From Eledone cirrhosa (taxonomy: Eukaryota), in the NCBI GenBank assembly GCA_964016885.1, contig OZ024742.1:308822001-308886000 (forward strand): a stretch of 64,000 nt of DNA. Reading direction: 5' to 3'. Shown piece after piece: positions 1-13,697 of this stretch (position 1 is the first letter of the stretch; every line of letters begins with the position of its first letter). The notes under the pieces were generated by a model. That model did not search any database and was not told the origin of the DNA. It saw only the letters and a program-made list of their open reading frames with translations. The position numbers were made by a program, and so were the translations under genes.

Positions 1-215
1 ATACATACATATATACATACATACATGCGTGCACACATACATACATATATACATACATACATGCGTGCACACATACATACATATATACATACATACATGC
101 GTGCACACATACATACATATATACATACATACAATCAACTATATTATAGATCTTTGGCAAACTGGAACTCCGACTTTTGCCTGCTTGTAGCTAATTATCC
201 AATCTATATTATATA

Positions 216-311
<96 letters not shown>

Positions 312-314
312 TGC

Positions 315-400
<86 letters not shown>
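1..400. repeat. (ACAT)n-based compound repeat followed by (GT)n microsatellite
   Basis: Direct reading: 1-135 ACAT-rich ~36-bp units; 218-400 (GT)n. Confidence 0.95.
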
Positions 401-402
<2 letters not shown>

Positions 403-597
403 CTATAATTGTTTATGTATAGGTATATATTCTTATACATGTGTCTGCGTGTGAGTGTGTATGCACGAGTGTTTTTGTGTATGTATATATCTATGTGTAT
501 GCAAATATGTTTCTACGTGTGTGACATGAACTGAAAACTGAAGTAGAGCGAGAAACCAGGCTGATAAGCGAATATTTCATAATGAAATAGGTGCTAC

Positions 598-621
598 CAT
601 CATCATCATCATCATCATCAT

Positions 622-659
<38 letters not shown>

Positions 660-780
660 AATTATAATCACCATCATAATCCTCATCATCGTCATCATCG
701 TTACCATAACCATCATAATCATCATTAGCATCATCATCATCACCATCATCATCGTCATCATGATCAACAACATTATCATT
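598..780. repeat. (CAT)n trinucleotide microsatellite, degenerate 3' half
   Basis: catcatcat run. Confidence 0.95.
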
Positions 781-789
781 AGTTTAGGA

Positions 790-962
790 AAATCGTGAGA
801 GCGTCGGGCAACATGCTTTGCGAAATTTAGTTACGGCCCTTTACGTTCTGAGTTCAAATCCCGCTGAGTCCAGCTTTGCCTTTCATCCTTACAGGGTCGA
901 TAAAAAAAAGTTCCAGTAATGTACTGGGGTCGATTTAATCGACTTCCCCTCTTCCAAAATGG
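790..962 (+). mobile_element. tRNA-derived SINE, family A (copy 1)
   Basis: B-box gagttcaaatcc, then ctttgcctttcatccttacagggtcgataa and ggggtcgatttaatcgac, shared with at least 5 other copies in the window. Confidence 0.85.
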
Positions 963-971
963 TTAACCTTA

Positions 972-1185
972 TTGGCAGAATTGGTAGAGTGTCGAACACA
1001 TGTTTAGCGGCATAGAGTTACGGCTCTTTACCATCTGAGTTAAAAACCCGCCGCGGTTAACTTTGCCTTTCATCCTTACAGGGGTCGATAAAATAAAGTA
1101 CCAGTAATGCAATGGTGTCGATTTAATCAACTTTCTCCTCCTCCAAAATGTTTGGCCTTGTGCCTAAATCAGAAACCATTATTAT
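972..1185 (+). mobile_element. tRNA-derived SINE, family A (copy 2, tandem with copy 1)
   Basis: A-box tggcagaattgg, same body, ends ggccttgtgcctaaatcagaaacc(att)n. Confidence 0.88.
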
Positions 1186-1559
1186 TGAAATCTAATATTT
1201 TGCAATTGGAATAAAGCCAGCAAATGTTGGGTCGGGGGGAAATCACTTGTTTTAGTATCGGATATCGCGTCTTGCTCGTTTGATCGAATCCTATCCTATC
1301 CTCCCATCCCATTCCCATTCCACTCCCACCCTCAAGCTTCACATTTCCGCTGATGCCACTGCTAACTCACTCATACTACCCGCTACTGATCAACAACACT
1401 GAATGAAACCGAAGCTACTCACCACCTCCACCACTACCACACAGAAATCAAGTCTCCAGCCCAACCCACACACCAGAAATCTGAGATATTTATACAAAGA
1501 CATTACATACACACATATACATGCACATACACACACACACACTACACACATATATATAC

Positions 1560-1600
<41 letters not shown>

Positions 1601-1649
1601 TATACATATATATATATATACATATATATATATACATATATATATATAC

Positions 1650-1709
<60 letters not shown>

Positions 1710-1909
1710 GTATTGACACGTATATATATATATATATTTATTATGTAGTATGATTTCTATTTGATGCTGCCAATTGTAATAATCAATATTGACAGAAGAT
1801 CAATAAATACGAAGCTTAAGCTTTAAGTTCATTGCTTTCGTGTTTGTTTGTTTTTTTGTTTTTTATTTTTCGTATTAGTTATAGTCAGTTGAAGATAATA
1901 TATGTATGT

Positions 1910-1981
1910 CTTCTCTCTTTCTCTCTATCTCTTTTCCTCTCTTCCTCTCGATTTCTCTCTCTCTTTCACTCCCTTTCTCCC

Positions 1982-2049
<68 letters not shown>

Positions 2050-2106
2050 GCTCTCTCTTTCTCTTTCTCTTCTCATTCGTTCTCGCTCTCGCGTTCTCTC
2101 TCTCCA

Positions 2107-2139
<33 letters not shown>

Positions 2140-2163
2140 TCTCTCTCATTCTGCCTTTCTCCT

Positions 2164-2204
<41 letters not shown>

Positions 2205-2287
2205 CTCTCACTCAATCTCTCTCTTTCTCTCTTTCTCTCTTTCTCTCTTTCTCTCTTTCTCTCTCTCTCTCTCTTCATCTCCCCCCA

Positions 2288-2336
<49 letters not shown>

Positions 2337-2340
2337 TTCT
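1910..2340. repeat. (CT)n microsatellite, imperfect
   Basis: Direct reading. Confidence 0.95.
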
Positions 2341-4148
2341 GATTAGAGTGTGTCAAGCATAAATAAGATTCTAATTCTAGAAAAAAATAAAAATAACTGA
2401 CAATAATCCACAAATAATATTAGAAACAAACCAAATAAGCATATCAAAGTATTTCCCCACCATTATTCTAGAAATCTATTGAGTTAGGTGGAAGTATGTT
2501 TTGGTATCTATTTATATCCGGAGAATCGAGGCATGAATTCATCCTTTATACTTACATACCAAATGCATAAATAATTCAAAAACTGCATTTAATAAAAGGG
2601 TGGGTGATCTAAATCACTTATGTACAACTTTCTTTAGAAGAGGTTGAGGGTCAGAATATTCAGGTGGGAGTCGATTGAGCGTTGAATTGTAATATTTGTT
2701 CCGGCTCTCTGCACACATAGTTTAAATCTCACCAAGGTTAAGTTGACCTTTTACCCTTTTAGTGCAGTGCCAGTCAGGGAAATTGATTAGCAGATTGTTA
2801 GAGTATGAAACAAGATTTCTTATAGCATTTCTTCTGAGTGATTTAAATCAAGCTTTACTATATTTGCCTGGTTTAATAGCCCTACTCGGGTATTATGTGC
2901 TTTTAGCAGAGTTCACTCTGTGACAAATATCCGGACTAGGTCTCCAGTTTGAGTATAACTTCCTTATTACTTTTGGGTCTTCATGCCTGTTTGGTTCCAC
3001 CAGGTATTTCTCTTTCTCTGGCCCTGACCTCCTTATCAGTCATCGCCTCCCACTTTATCCTGTATGTCGAGCTGGACCTGCCAATTGTGTGGGTCTGTAA
3101 CCATTTCACTTATTTTATATATGTCTTTAATATTGGAATTGGTGAACAAGTCAACCACTGTTTCACTGCATTTCTGAGAGGGAAAATAATAAGGAAGCGT
3201 ATGCCACTTGATGCACAACAAATAGCGCAAGAACTTCATTCGTGAAACACTAACTCTTTGGTTTTTCATGCCATTGTTTATATTCTTCTCTGATATATAC
3301 ATCAGATATGCGATCTTTCTGGACAAAGAACGAGGAAAGCTCTTTTCAGTTCCATTTTATATCGGAACCCCTTAACCAGAGAAAATACCTGCCTAGTATA
3401 ACCTGGTGCATTATCTACAAGTTTCACTTAGTGTCAACCCATTCGAACAATCAGGGGTTTTTTTTTGTTTTGTTTTGTTTCCAGACCCTCTCGGTCACAT
3501 CATCAGGACTATTGTTAGTTTACTTTTACTGTCTCTTTTATTATAGGCAGGTGTATTTTATTAAATTCTATGCAGTTCCAATTTTGTCTATGTTTTATCG
3601 ATTTCATACTGGAATCTTAAAGCTGGACAATTTGATTTAAACGTCGCAAGATCCATGTTTATGACGTGTGTATATTGATCATATGGCGAGCACCATATTG
3701 GATATGGATGTTGGCGCCAAATTGCGATGCAACTATTGCTTCCATGATTAAGCACCAATTCTGTATGAGTCAGACGTATTTTACGTCAATCTTCCCCTCT
3801 CTAATTTTGTTTCTGGTGTATGATATAATGTGTTACAATTACTCCTTGTTGTAAATACATGTCGAAGTAAACAGAACTGTATATATCTTCAGAAAATACA
3901 TACGACTATAATAAAGGAGGCAGTAAAATGTAACCAACAACATTCCTGAAGATTAGACAGGGTAGATCTGGAAACTTTGACAAAATTATAGACATAGAAG
4001 CTTTATTGTTCCAAATGAATCGTAGAGACTTCGTTAGAAAATACGAGAAGATTCTATCAGAAACCCTGACCTCGAAAGTAGTCATGTCTTCAACAACACA
4101 CTCGCGCGCAAGCACATCAATCTCACACACACACACACACACACACAC

Positions 4149-4837
<689 letters not shown>

Positions 4838-4838
<1 letters not shown>

Positions 4839-5039
4839 GATGGCTGCTCCCTCGTTATCGAGTATGGCCATTGCACGATGAGAAAAAAAATTAATAAATA
4901 AATAAAAAATAAAATAAAAATAAAAAAAAGAAATATATATATATATATATACATATATATACACATATACATATACATACATACACACACATATATACAC
5001 ATACATATATATACACACACACACATATACATTAATAAC

Positions 5040-5074
<35 letters not shown>

Positions 5075-8000
5075 CAATAATAATAACGACAACAACAATA
5101 ATAATATACATATATATATATATACACATACACGCACACACATAAACATATCTATACACACACACACACACGATAGCAACTAACAGCGCTGCGATCGAAT
5201 GTGGCTTTTTAGCCCAGCCAATGATCTAAAATGTCTTGCACAGAGTCGGCAACCAAAACATTCACTGGGAATAGTCGGCTGTGGTTGGAGTTCGTATACT
5301 TTTGCATGTCGCTGATTTACATTCTCTACCACATGTTTGGCAAGCATGATGAGTAGCATCTCCAACAGCAGCCTGGTAGTCAACCACTGGTCTTACTTTA
5401 TGACTGCGAAGATGACTTTCGAGTCCAGCTTTGCTTAGGCAGAGTCTCGCACAGACGCTGCATGTCCGCACCATAGGAGGACCCTCGCCGTCTGGAAGTA
5501 CAACAGCAATGCCCTTCCTCACATCCCGCTTTACTTTCTCGTATGCGATTCGAGATGCCTCAAAAGCAACTTTTCCCTCATATACAGTCTTTCTCCATTT
5601 ATTACGATCAGCAGCAATATTTTCCAATGTATCAGCAGAGATGTTAGCGTCTTTCAGAGAGGCTTTCAAGGAATCCTTATACCTCTTTTTTGGTTTATGT
5701 GGCGGTCGTTTTCCTTTAACCAACTCTCCATAAAAGAGTTGTTTTGGTATTCTAGAATCCTTCATCCTGGCAAGGTGACCACTCCAACGGAGTCGTTGCT
5801 TAAGCACAAGAGCTTCTATACTGTCACACATAGAGCTTTCCAAAATCTCGATATCACTGATGTGGTCCCTCCAGTGAACGCCATGGATCCGTCTGAGACA
5901 CATCTGATGGAAACGCTCCAATTGCTTAAGGTGGTGTCGATATGTGACCCAGGTCTCGCAAGCATAAAGAAGACAAGAGAGCACACATGCCCTGTACACC
6001 TTTACCTTTGTCCTCCTGCATATGCCTCGCCGACCCCAGAATCGCCATTCTAGCTTTCCGAAAGCATCACTTGCTTTCTTAATCCTAAGTGAGATTTCAC
6101 TGTCAAGGTTGTTGTATCGATTGTCAGTGCTTCCCAGGTAGACAAACTGATCAACCACTCCAAGTCGTTTACCATACACATAGATGTTTGGTTCAGTGTA
6201 CTGCTTACCAGGGGCAGGTTGGTACATGACGACGGTTTTCTTGAGACTGACAGTCAATCCTAGGGCAGTGCAAGCGTCAGAAAATGCATTCAAAATGTGC
6301 TGCATATCACTCTTTATGTGCGCTACAAGATCGCAACCATCTGCATACAAGAGGTCTCTTATGATTGATGTAAATACTTTTGTCTTTGCAGCAAAGCGCC
6401 TGATGTTAAATATGCTGTCTGGGGTTCGATATCGGATGTAAACACCATGCTCGTAATTCCTGAATGCAATACAGAAAACCATTGCAAAGTATATGGCAAA
6501 CAGCGTCGGTGCTGGAATATCCCCCTGTTTCACTTCATTTTTTACTGAGATAGGCTCCGACATGTTACCTCCGACATTAACCCAAGCCTTCATGTCGTCG
6601 TGGAAAGACCTAACTAAAGCAAGGAACTTATCAGGGCAACCAAGTTTCTGGAGAACCTTCCATAATGCATCTCTGTTAACAGTATCGAAAGCTTTTGTCA
6701 GATCGACAAAAACCTGATACAGATCCAAGCCTTGTTCCATGCACTTCTCCTGGAGCTGTCTAGCTGAGAAGATCATATCAGTAGTGCCGCGTCCAGCACG
6801 AAAACCAGATTGACTTTCAGGAAGAACACAATCTGCAATGTGTGTCAGCAGACGGTCCAGAAGCACCCTACATAAAACTTTCCCTACGACAGAAAACAAT
6901 GATATACCTCTGTAGTTCCCACAATCATTCCTGTTACCCTTTCCCTTGTACAAGACCACCATTACTGCAGCTCTCCAGTCCTCAGGTACGGATTTATTAG
7001 CCCATATCCTGCCAAACAAAGAGTGAAAATGTTGCAGGAGTCTCTCACCACCATATTGTAGGAGCTCAGCATGTATGCCATCCATAACTGGAGATCTTCC
7101 ACTGTTCAGCTTCGAAATAGCCACTGCAACCTACACAAGCGTCGGAGGTTCTTCGAGAGCTACTTTCACAGGACTTTCTGGAATGAGATTGAGGAAATCT
7201 TCACTGACGACAGACGGCTGATTCAAAAGATCATCAAAGTGCTCTCGCCACCTTCGTAGAATTCCTTGTGAGTCACGAAGAAGTTCTTTGCCATCCTTGT
7301 TGCGAAGCGGTGTCACCAGAGAAGAAGACGGTCCATAAACCTCACGCAAGAGACTGTACAACAGCTTTGTGTTATTGGAATCTGACGCAGTTTGTATCTC
7401 ACCAGCCTTCTCACTCCACCACTGATCCTTCATCTGAGAAAGACTCCGCCTAACACCAGATTTTACATCCTTGAGTTCCTCATGCAACGTATTCCTTTCC
7501 TGTGGTTTTGCCGTCAAGTAGCGTGACAGAGCACGCCTCTTATCAGCCAACAAGTCTTCTATATGTACATCATTCTCATTAAACCAGTCCTGATGTTTTC
7601 TCTGCACCAATCCCAGAACACGCCTGCCTACATCATAAACCGACTTTTTAAGGGTCGGCCAATCCTCACCAAGATCTGCAGCCTGCATCTCTTCTTCCAA
7701 TGTCCTCTTCACATTTTTATCCTTAAGACGAGCAGCATTCAATCTTTTGGGCAGGGCAACACCAGGAGCCCGGATTTTATGTTTAGTGATTAGTTTCACT
7801 TTTGCGCGTACCAGGCGGTGGTCCGTCCAGCACTCAGCTCCACGAAGAGCACGAACACACTGCACATCCTATCTGTCACGCATCCTGACTAACACGTAGT
7901 CCAAAAGATGCCATTCCTTAGATGCAGGGTGCATCCATGTCGTCTTGAATTTGTTCTTTTGTTGGAACATGGTGTTGGTAACACACAGATCCAGCTCCTC

Positions 8001-8241
8001 ACACATCTGCAGCAGGAGCATACCATTGTTGTTACACTTTCCCACCCCATGCCTTCCGATTACATTCCATGTGTCAAAATCCCTACCCACTCTAGCATTA
8101 AAGTCACCAAGCACGATGACTTTGTCTGCCTGAGGGATATTTCTTAAAACATCTTTCAAGGCATGGTAAAAGGACACTTTTTCTTCATCGACAGAATTCA
8201 TAGTTGGAGCATACACACTCACCAGGGTCGCATATCTTCCT
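4838..8241 (-). mobile_element. RTE-clade LINE, 5'-truncated within the AP endonuclease
   Basis: APE motifs SVYAPT, LGDFNARVG, TWMHP..WHLLDYVL, TDHRLV; RT motifs YRGISL, ESQSGFR, FVDLTKAFD, KQGD, LLYADG; YACETW and RLRWSGH; 3' terminus at 4838-4880 resembles the RTE 3' end at 35546-35585. Confidence 0.95.
5180..8241 (-). pseudogene. RTE ORF (APE-RT-C-terminal C2H2 zinc fingers), disrupted
   Basis: ORFs 7869-8222, 7131-7865 and 5262-7124 are in one frame separated by two TAG stops; frameshift near 5300; zinc fingers CSVCARLCLSKAGLESHLRSH and [17 protein letters not shown]. Confidence 0.92.
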
Positions 8242-8322
8242 TATATATATATGTATATATGTATATATATATATACATATATATATACATACATATATAT
8301 ATATACATATATATATATATAC

Positions 8323-8435
<113 letters not shown>

Positions 8436-8511
8436 CATATATACATATATAAATTATTAAAAAAATAATGAATAAACAAAGAAACAGTTCCTTATATTAA
8501 ACAAAAAAAGT

Positions 8512-8652
8512 TCATTATTTTACGATCGTTTCTAGGACATATATGTGTTAGAATTGGTATGCATATTCAAAAGATCTATGTACAAAATTATACAAGCTAT
8601 CAGAGAGAATATACATACCTTCACATATATATGCTGTCTTCAGAAATAATGA
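8512..8652 (-). ncRNA. Type I hammerhead ribozyme with extended stem II
   Basis: Minus strand UCAUUAUUU-CUGAAGA-[~105 nt closing as cagcauauauaugug/cacauauauguccua]-GAAA-CGAUC-GUA/-AAAUAAUGA; 9-bp stem I; palindromic stem III ACGAUCGU. Confidence 0.8.
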
Positions 8653-8898
8653 TGCTTGTTTATTGATAATAACGACAATTCAAAATAATAGGTCTGTTTG
8701 GGAACAGATTTTGAATAGACCAATGAAATAAGGATTGAGATACATAAAAATTGATCAAGAAAATACAGTTAGGTGTGTGTATATGTATGTAAATACGCTC
8801 ACAGATGTGCATATGTATACGTATATTGAAAAAGTGTATGTAAATATAAAAATTTAGGGCTAATGTATCTATAATCAACAGACAGAATATATATATAT

Positions 8899-8948
<50 letters not shown>

Positions 8949-9402
8949 ATTATAAATATATGGATATTGAGGCGCTCACATAAACACGCCCACACACACT
9001 TACATTTAGATGCGGAAGTAAAAGAGGTAAGGGAATATAGTAATTAAAGGAAAGTGTCAATCTCAACATACTTATGAAAGTGTATCCATAAATTAGAAAT
9101 AAAAAAAAATTTTTATGGAAGGAAAAACTCAAAAGAAGAAGACAAAAAAAGACAAAAAAGGGGGGGGGGGGTACATACATACATAGACACGCATGTCTCA
9201 CAAAAGAAATATAAAAAAACATAAAAGAGAGACATAAAATATACATGCTTATATACACACGCACATTTACACATCCATACGTTCGATACATACATACGTA
9301 CACACACACACTTACACATACTTACGGTCACGCATATTGACCTGTTTGTATGCACACACATAAAAATAAGTAAAACATATATCCATACATATAAATATAC
9401 AC

Positions 9403-9451
<49 letters not shown>

Positions 9452-9632
9452 TACCCATGTATATATACACAACCACACACACACACACACTCAGACATAC
9501 ATATATATAGAGACATACACACACATATATACACAGTCAGGCACATATACACATATATACACATACATACACACATCTCTACACATACAAATACATACAT
9601 ATATATACATACACACACACATATATATATAT

Positions 9633-9695
<63 letters not shown>

Positions 9696-9899
9696 TATAC
9701 ACAAAAATACATACATATACATACATATACATGCGCACATATGTATTTTTAGACTCACATACAAACACACAAACATACATACACACTTACATACACATAC
9801 ACACATCCACGCTTACAAATACATATAATTATTGGGGGGGGGATTAAATTTATTAGTGGGAAATAGTAAATATATAGGTTTAAAGGAACTTAGAATACT

Positions 9900-10915
9900 A
9901 ATCTGCCGTTAAATCATTATGTGTGTTTACATAATGGTATCAGTTTTAGGAAAAGTTATTTGTAAGAAGGAAGGCTAAATTATGTATTTTAATATAAGTA
10001 GAATATTAATTATAGGTTAACTAAAATAAAAATAGTTAATATATTAATTTCTAAGGTGTATACTAATTAGGTTTATAGTATTTAAAGCGGAATTTTGAAG
10101 TTAAACAGTAGTAGAGTATTAATTATAGCATAACTAAATTAAAAATAATTACAAAATATTTACATGATGGTATCAATTTTAGGAGATGAATTTTGTAAGA
10201 GGGAAAGCCAAATTAAGTATTTCATCGGCAGTAGATTATTAATTATAGGTTAACTAAATTAAAGATTATATATTCATTTCTATAGTATATGTTAATTAGG
10301 TTTATAATAATTAAATCAAAATTTTGTATTTTATCTATAGTAGAATTTTAATTATAGGTTAACTAAATTAAAATTAATCTATATATTAATTTGTAAAGTG
10401 TATATTAATTAGGTATATATTTAAAAGTTTTTCTCAGTTTATGATTACACGATATTTTGCATTTCATCTGTATTAGAATTTTAATTATAAGCTAACTAAA
10501 TTAAAATTATATGTTAACTAAATTAAAATTAGTTTATATATTAATTTCTAAATTATATATTAATTAGGTTTATAATATAAAAAAGTATTTCTCCGTTTTT
10601 AATTACACGATATTTTGTTGTATTTCATCTGTAAAAGAATTTTAATAATAGGTTAAATAAACTAAAATTAATCTATATATTAATTTCCAAAGTATATATT
10701 AATTAGGTTAATAATATTTAAATGTTTTTCTCAGTTTATGATTATACGATATTTTTTAATTTCATCTGTAGTAGAATTTTAATTAAATTAAAATTATAGG
10801 TTAACTACATTAAAATTAATTTATATATTAATTTCTAAAATATATATTATTATTAATTAGGTTTATAATATTTAAATGTTTTTCTCAGTTTATGATTACA
10901 CGATATTATTAATTC
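9900..10915. repeat. Degenerate AT-rich tandem repeat (~120-165 bp, about 7 units) overlapping the PLE ORF end
   Basis: Recurrent gtagaattttaattataggttaactaaattaaaatt and aatgtttttctcagtttatgattacacgatatt. Confidence 0.8.
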
Positions 10916-11072
10916 CTGTCGCTTATTTAATAGGATATCCTTAGATTTCATTATTTCAAATAGTTCTTGGGAACACAATCTACATTCATTTCTATTATTT
11001 TGATAAGGGGTGGCTCTTTTGAGCACACTCCAGGTCATATCATATTCTATATTCTTATTTCTATAACTATTA

Positions 11073-11400
<328 letters not shown>

Positions 11401-11655
11401 ATATATATATATATATATATATTTTATATATATATATATATATATACATATACATATTTATTCAGGTTTGAGGTTCACCACTGTAGAGAGCTGGTCTATT
11501 CCGTATGGTCAATCGTAATGTAATAATATAGAGAGTACTCAACGTAAAGCAGTTCAACCGTCTTTGTTTTTGTAGTTGGTGGTGCTATTACGGAGTTAAA
11601 TATTATAATGAAATGACAGGAGGCTGAATTTGTGTAAATCCTTGAAAGGTTTATT

Positions 11656-11719
11656 ATACTATAATCAAATCATTTCAATGACCGGATTCCGTATGAATCC
11701 GATGATATCATCAGGTATT
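11656..11719 (-). ncRNA. Hammerhead ribozyme motif (inverted-arm copy)
   Basis: Reverse complement of the 11895 motif with a small insertion in stem III. Confidence 0.6.
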
Positions 11720-11894
11720 CGAAATATAATACGTGAATGTAATAGATAAAATCCATGGGGCTGAAAATCGAGGACCCGAGGGCGACCGCTATCTTAGCCG
11801 GTCACCCTCGAGGGTGCAAGATAGCGGTCGCCCTCGGGTCCTCGATTTTCAGCCCCATGGATTTTATCTATTACATTCACGTATTATATTTCGA

Positions 11895-11952
11895 ATACCT
11901 GATGATATCACCGGATTCATACGGAACCCGGTCATTGAAATGATCATAGTAT
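11895..11952 (+). ncRNA. Type I hammerhead ribozyme
   Basis: AUAC-CUGAUGA-uaucACCGGauuc..gaacCCGGUcauu-GAAA-UGAUC-AUA/-GUAU, then AATAAA; palindromic stem III AUGAUCAU. Confidence 0.7.
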
Positions 11953-12019
11953 AATAAACCTTTCAAGGATTTACACAAATCCAGCCTCCTGTCATTTCAT
12001 TATAATATACATATACATA

Positions 12020-12168
<149 letters not shown>

Positions 12169-12173
12169 ATATT

Positions 12174-12200
<27 letters not shown>

Positions 12201-12205
<5 letters not shown>

Positions 12206-12412
12206 GTTATACTTTGGGGGGGGGGTCATGTTGCCAATAAGAAACACACGCACCAGTTGCTTTCACTTCAATTTATTATAATAAATTGAAGTGAAAGCGA
12301 CTGGTGCGTGTGTTTCTTATTGGCAACATGACCCTCCCAAAGTATAACAATATCGGTTTCAACACACGTTTTCAGATAATGGAATCTTGCTACACAAATT
12401 CAGAAACGATAT
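12201..12412. mobile_element. Palindromic fragment of the Naiad-type pLTR (same family as 54775-60130)
   Basis: 12279-12412 matches ~56070-56205; 12201-12278 is its inverse; centre aatttattataataaatt. Confidence 0.9.
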
Positions 12413-12415
12413 ATC

Positions 12416-12457
<42 letters not shown>

Positions 12458-12483
12458 TTTATATATATATATATACATATATT

Positions 12484-12585
<102 letters not shown>

Positions 12586-12605
12586 TTTATATATATATAT
12601 ACATC

Positions 12606-12697
<92 letters not shown>

Positions 12698-12726
12698 TAT
12701 ACACATATATATATACATATATATAC

Positions 12727-12915
<189 letters not shown>

Positions 12916-12918
12916 TAC

Positions 12919-12963
<45 letters not shown>

Positions 12964-12980
12964 TTTATATATATATATAC

Positions 12981-13044
<64 letters not shown>

Positions 13045-13089
13045 ATATATATATATATACATGTATTTATATATATATATACATATATT

Positions 13090-13125
<36 letters not shown>

Positions 13126-13133
13126 CATATATT

Positions 13134-13189
<56 letters not shown>

Positions 13190-13697
13190 CCACCACCCCA
13201 CTCTCCAGAGCGTGAAATTAATAAACATTCGTTGTACTGCCCCTCTGTTTTGTTCCTGTTCAAATTTTTCCATTATATATAATACACGCTCACACGGCTT
13301 CCATTCCTTGGAACATAACTTAACTACCGGCTCAACCCCGATCTAATCCGCCGTGACCATTCTCCGAACTTTACACACCTTCCCACACCTGTTCTTTCCT
13401 TCCACGCATTACCTCTGTTTGATTTTGTTACTGTACTTGTTTATTTCCGTATATGATTCTTTGCCTGTTCTTACAATTTTATTTCTATGATTTTTTGTTC
13501 ACGATTGCCTGTGTTTTTACCTTTATGATTTTTTGTCTTTAATTTTCCTGTGTATACTCCCCCCTCCTTACGTTTTTCTGTTTCATTTTCCCTTCCCCGT
13601 CTCTGCCTATCCTTCGCACTCACTCCTTCGTTCCCTCCACCCCGCATCACACCCCTGCTTTCTCATCCCTCCCCCTGCTTTCACCCAACGCCCACCA

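Larger units (their letters stand above)
8450..11055 (-). mobile_element. 5'-truncated Penelope-like element (Hydra-type): GIY-YIG C-terminus, long 3' UTR and hammerhead pLTR
   Basis: ORF 10853-11038 [28 protein letters not shown] resembles the C-termini at 21704 and 49339; a hammerhead lies downstream on the same strand at 8512-8652; (TA)n on both sides. Continuity across the internal microsatellites is inferred. Confidence 0.7.
11460..12007. mobile_element. PLE pLTR inverted pair (~200-bp arms, centre caccctcgagggtg at 11803-11816)
   Basis: 11600-11795 is the near-exact reverse complement of 11818-12007; hammerhead in each arm; flanked by (TA)n. Confidence 0.82.

Noticed and set aside
2949-3900. 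Possible host exons or short ORFs
   Set aside because: No recognisable domain and no consistent splice pattern; a short segment (~2985-3022) recurs at ~25460-25501, suggesting old repeat sequence
3946-3981. CUGAAGA...GAAAC hammerhead-like string
   Set aside because: Cleavage triplet GAC lacks the required U and stem I does not form
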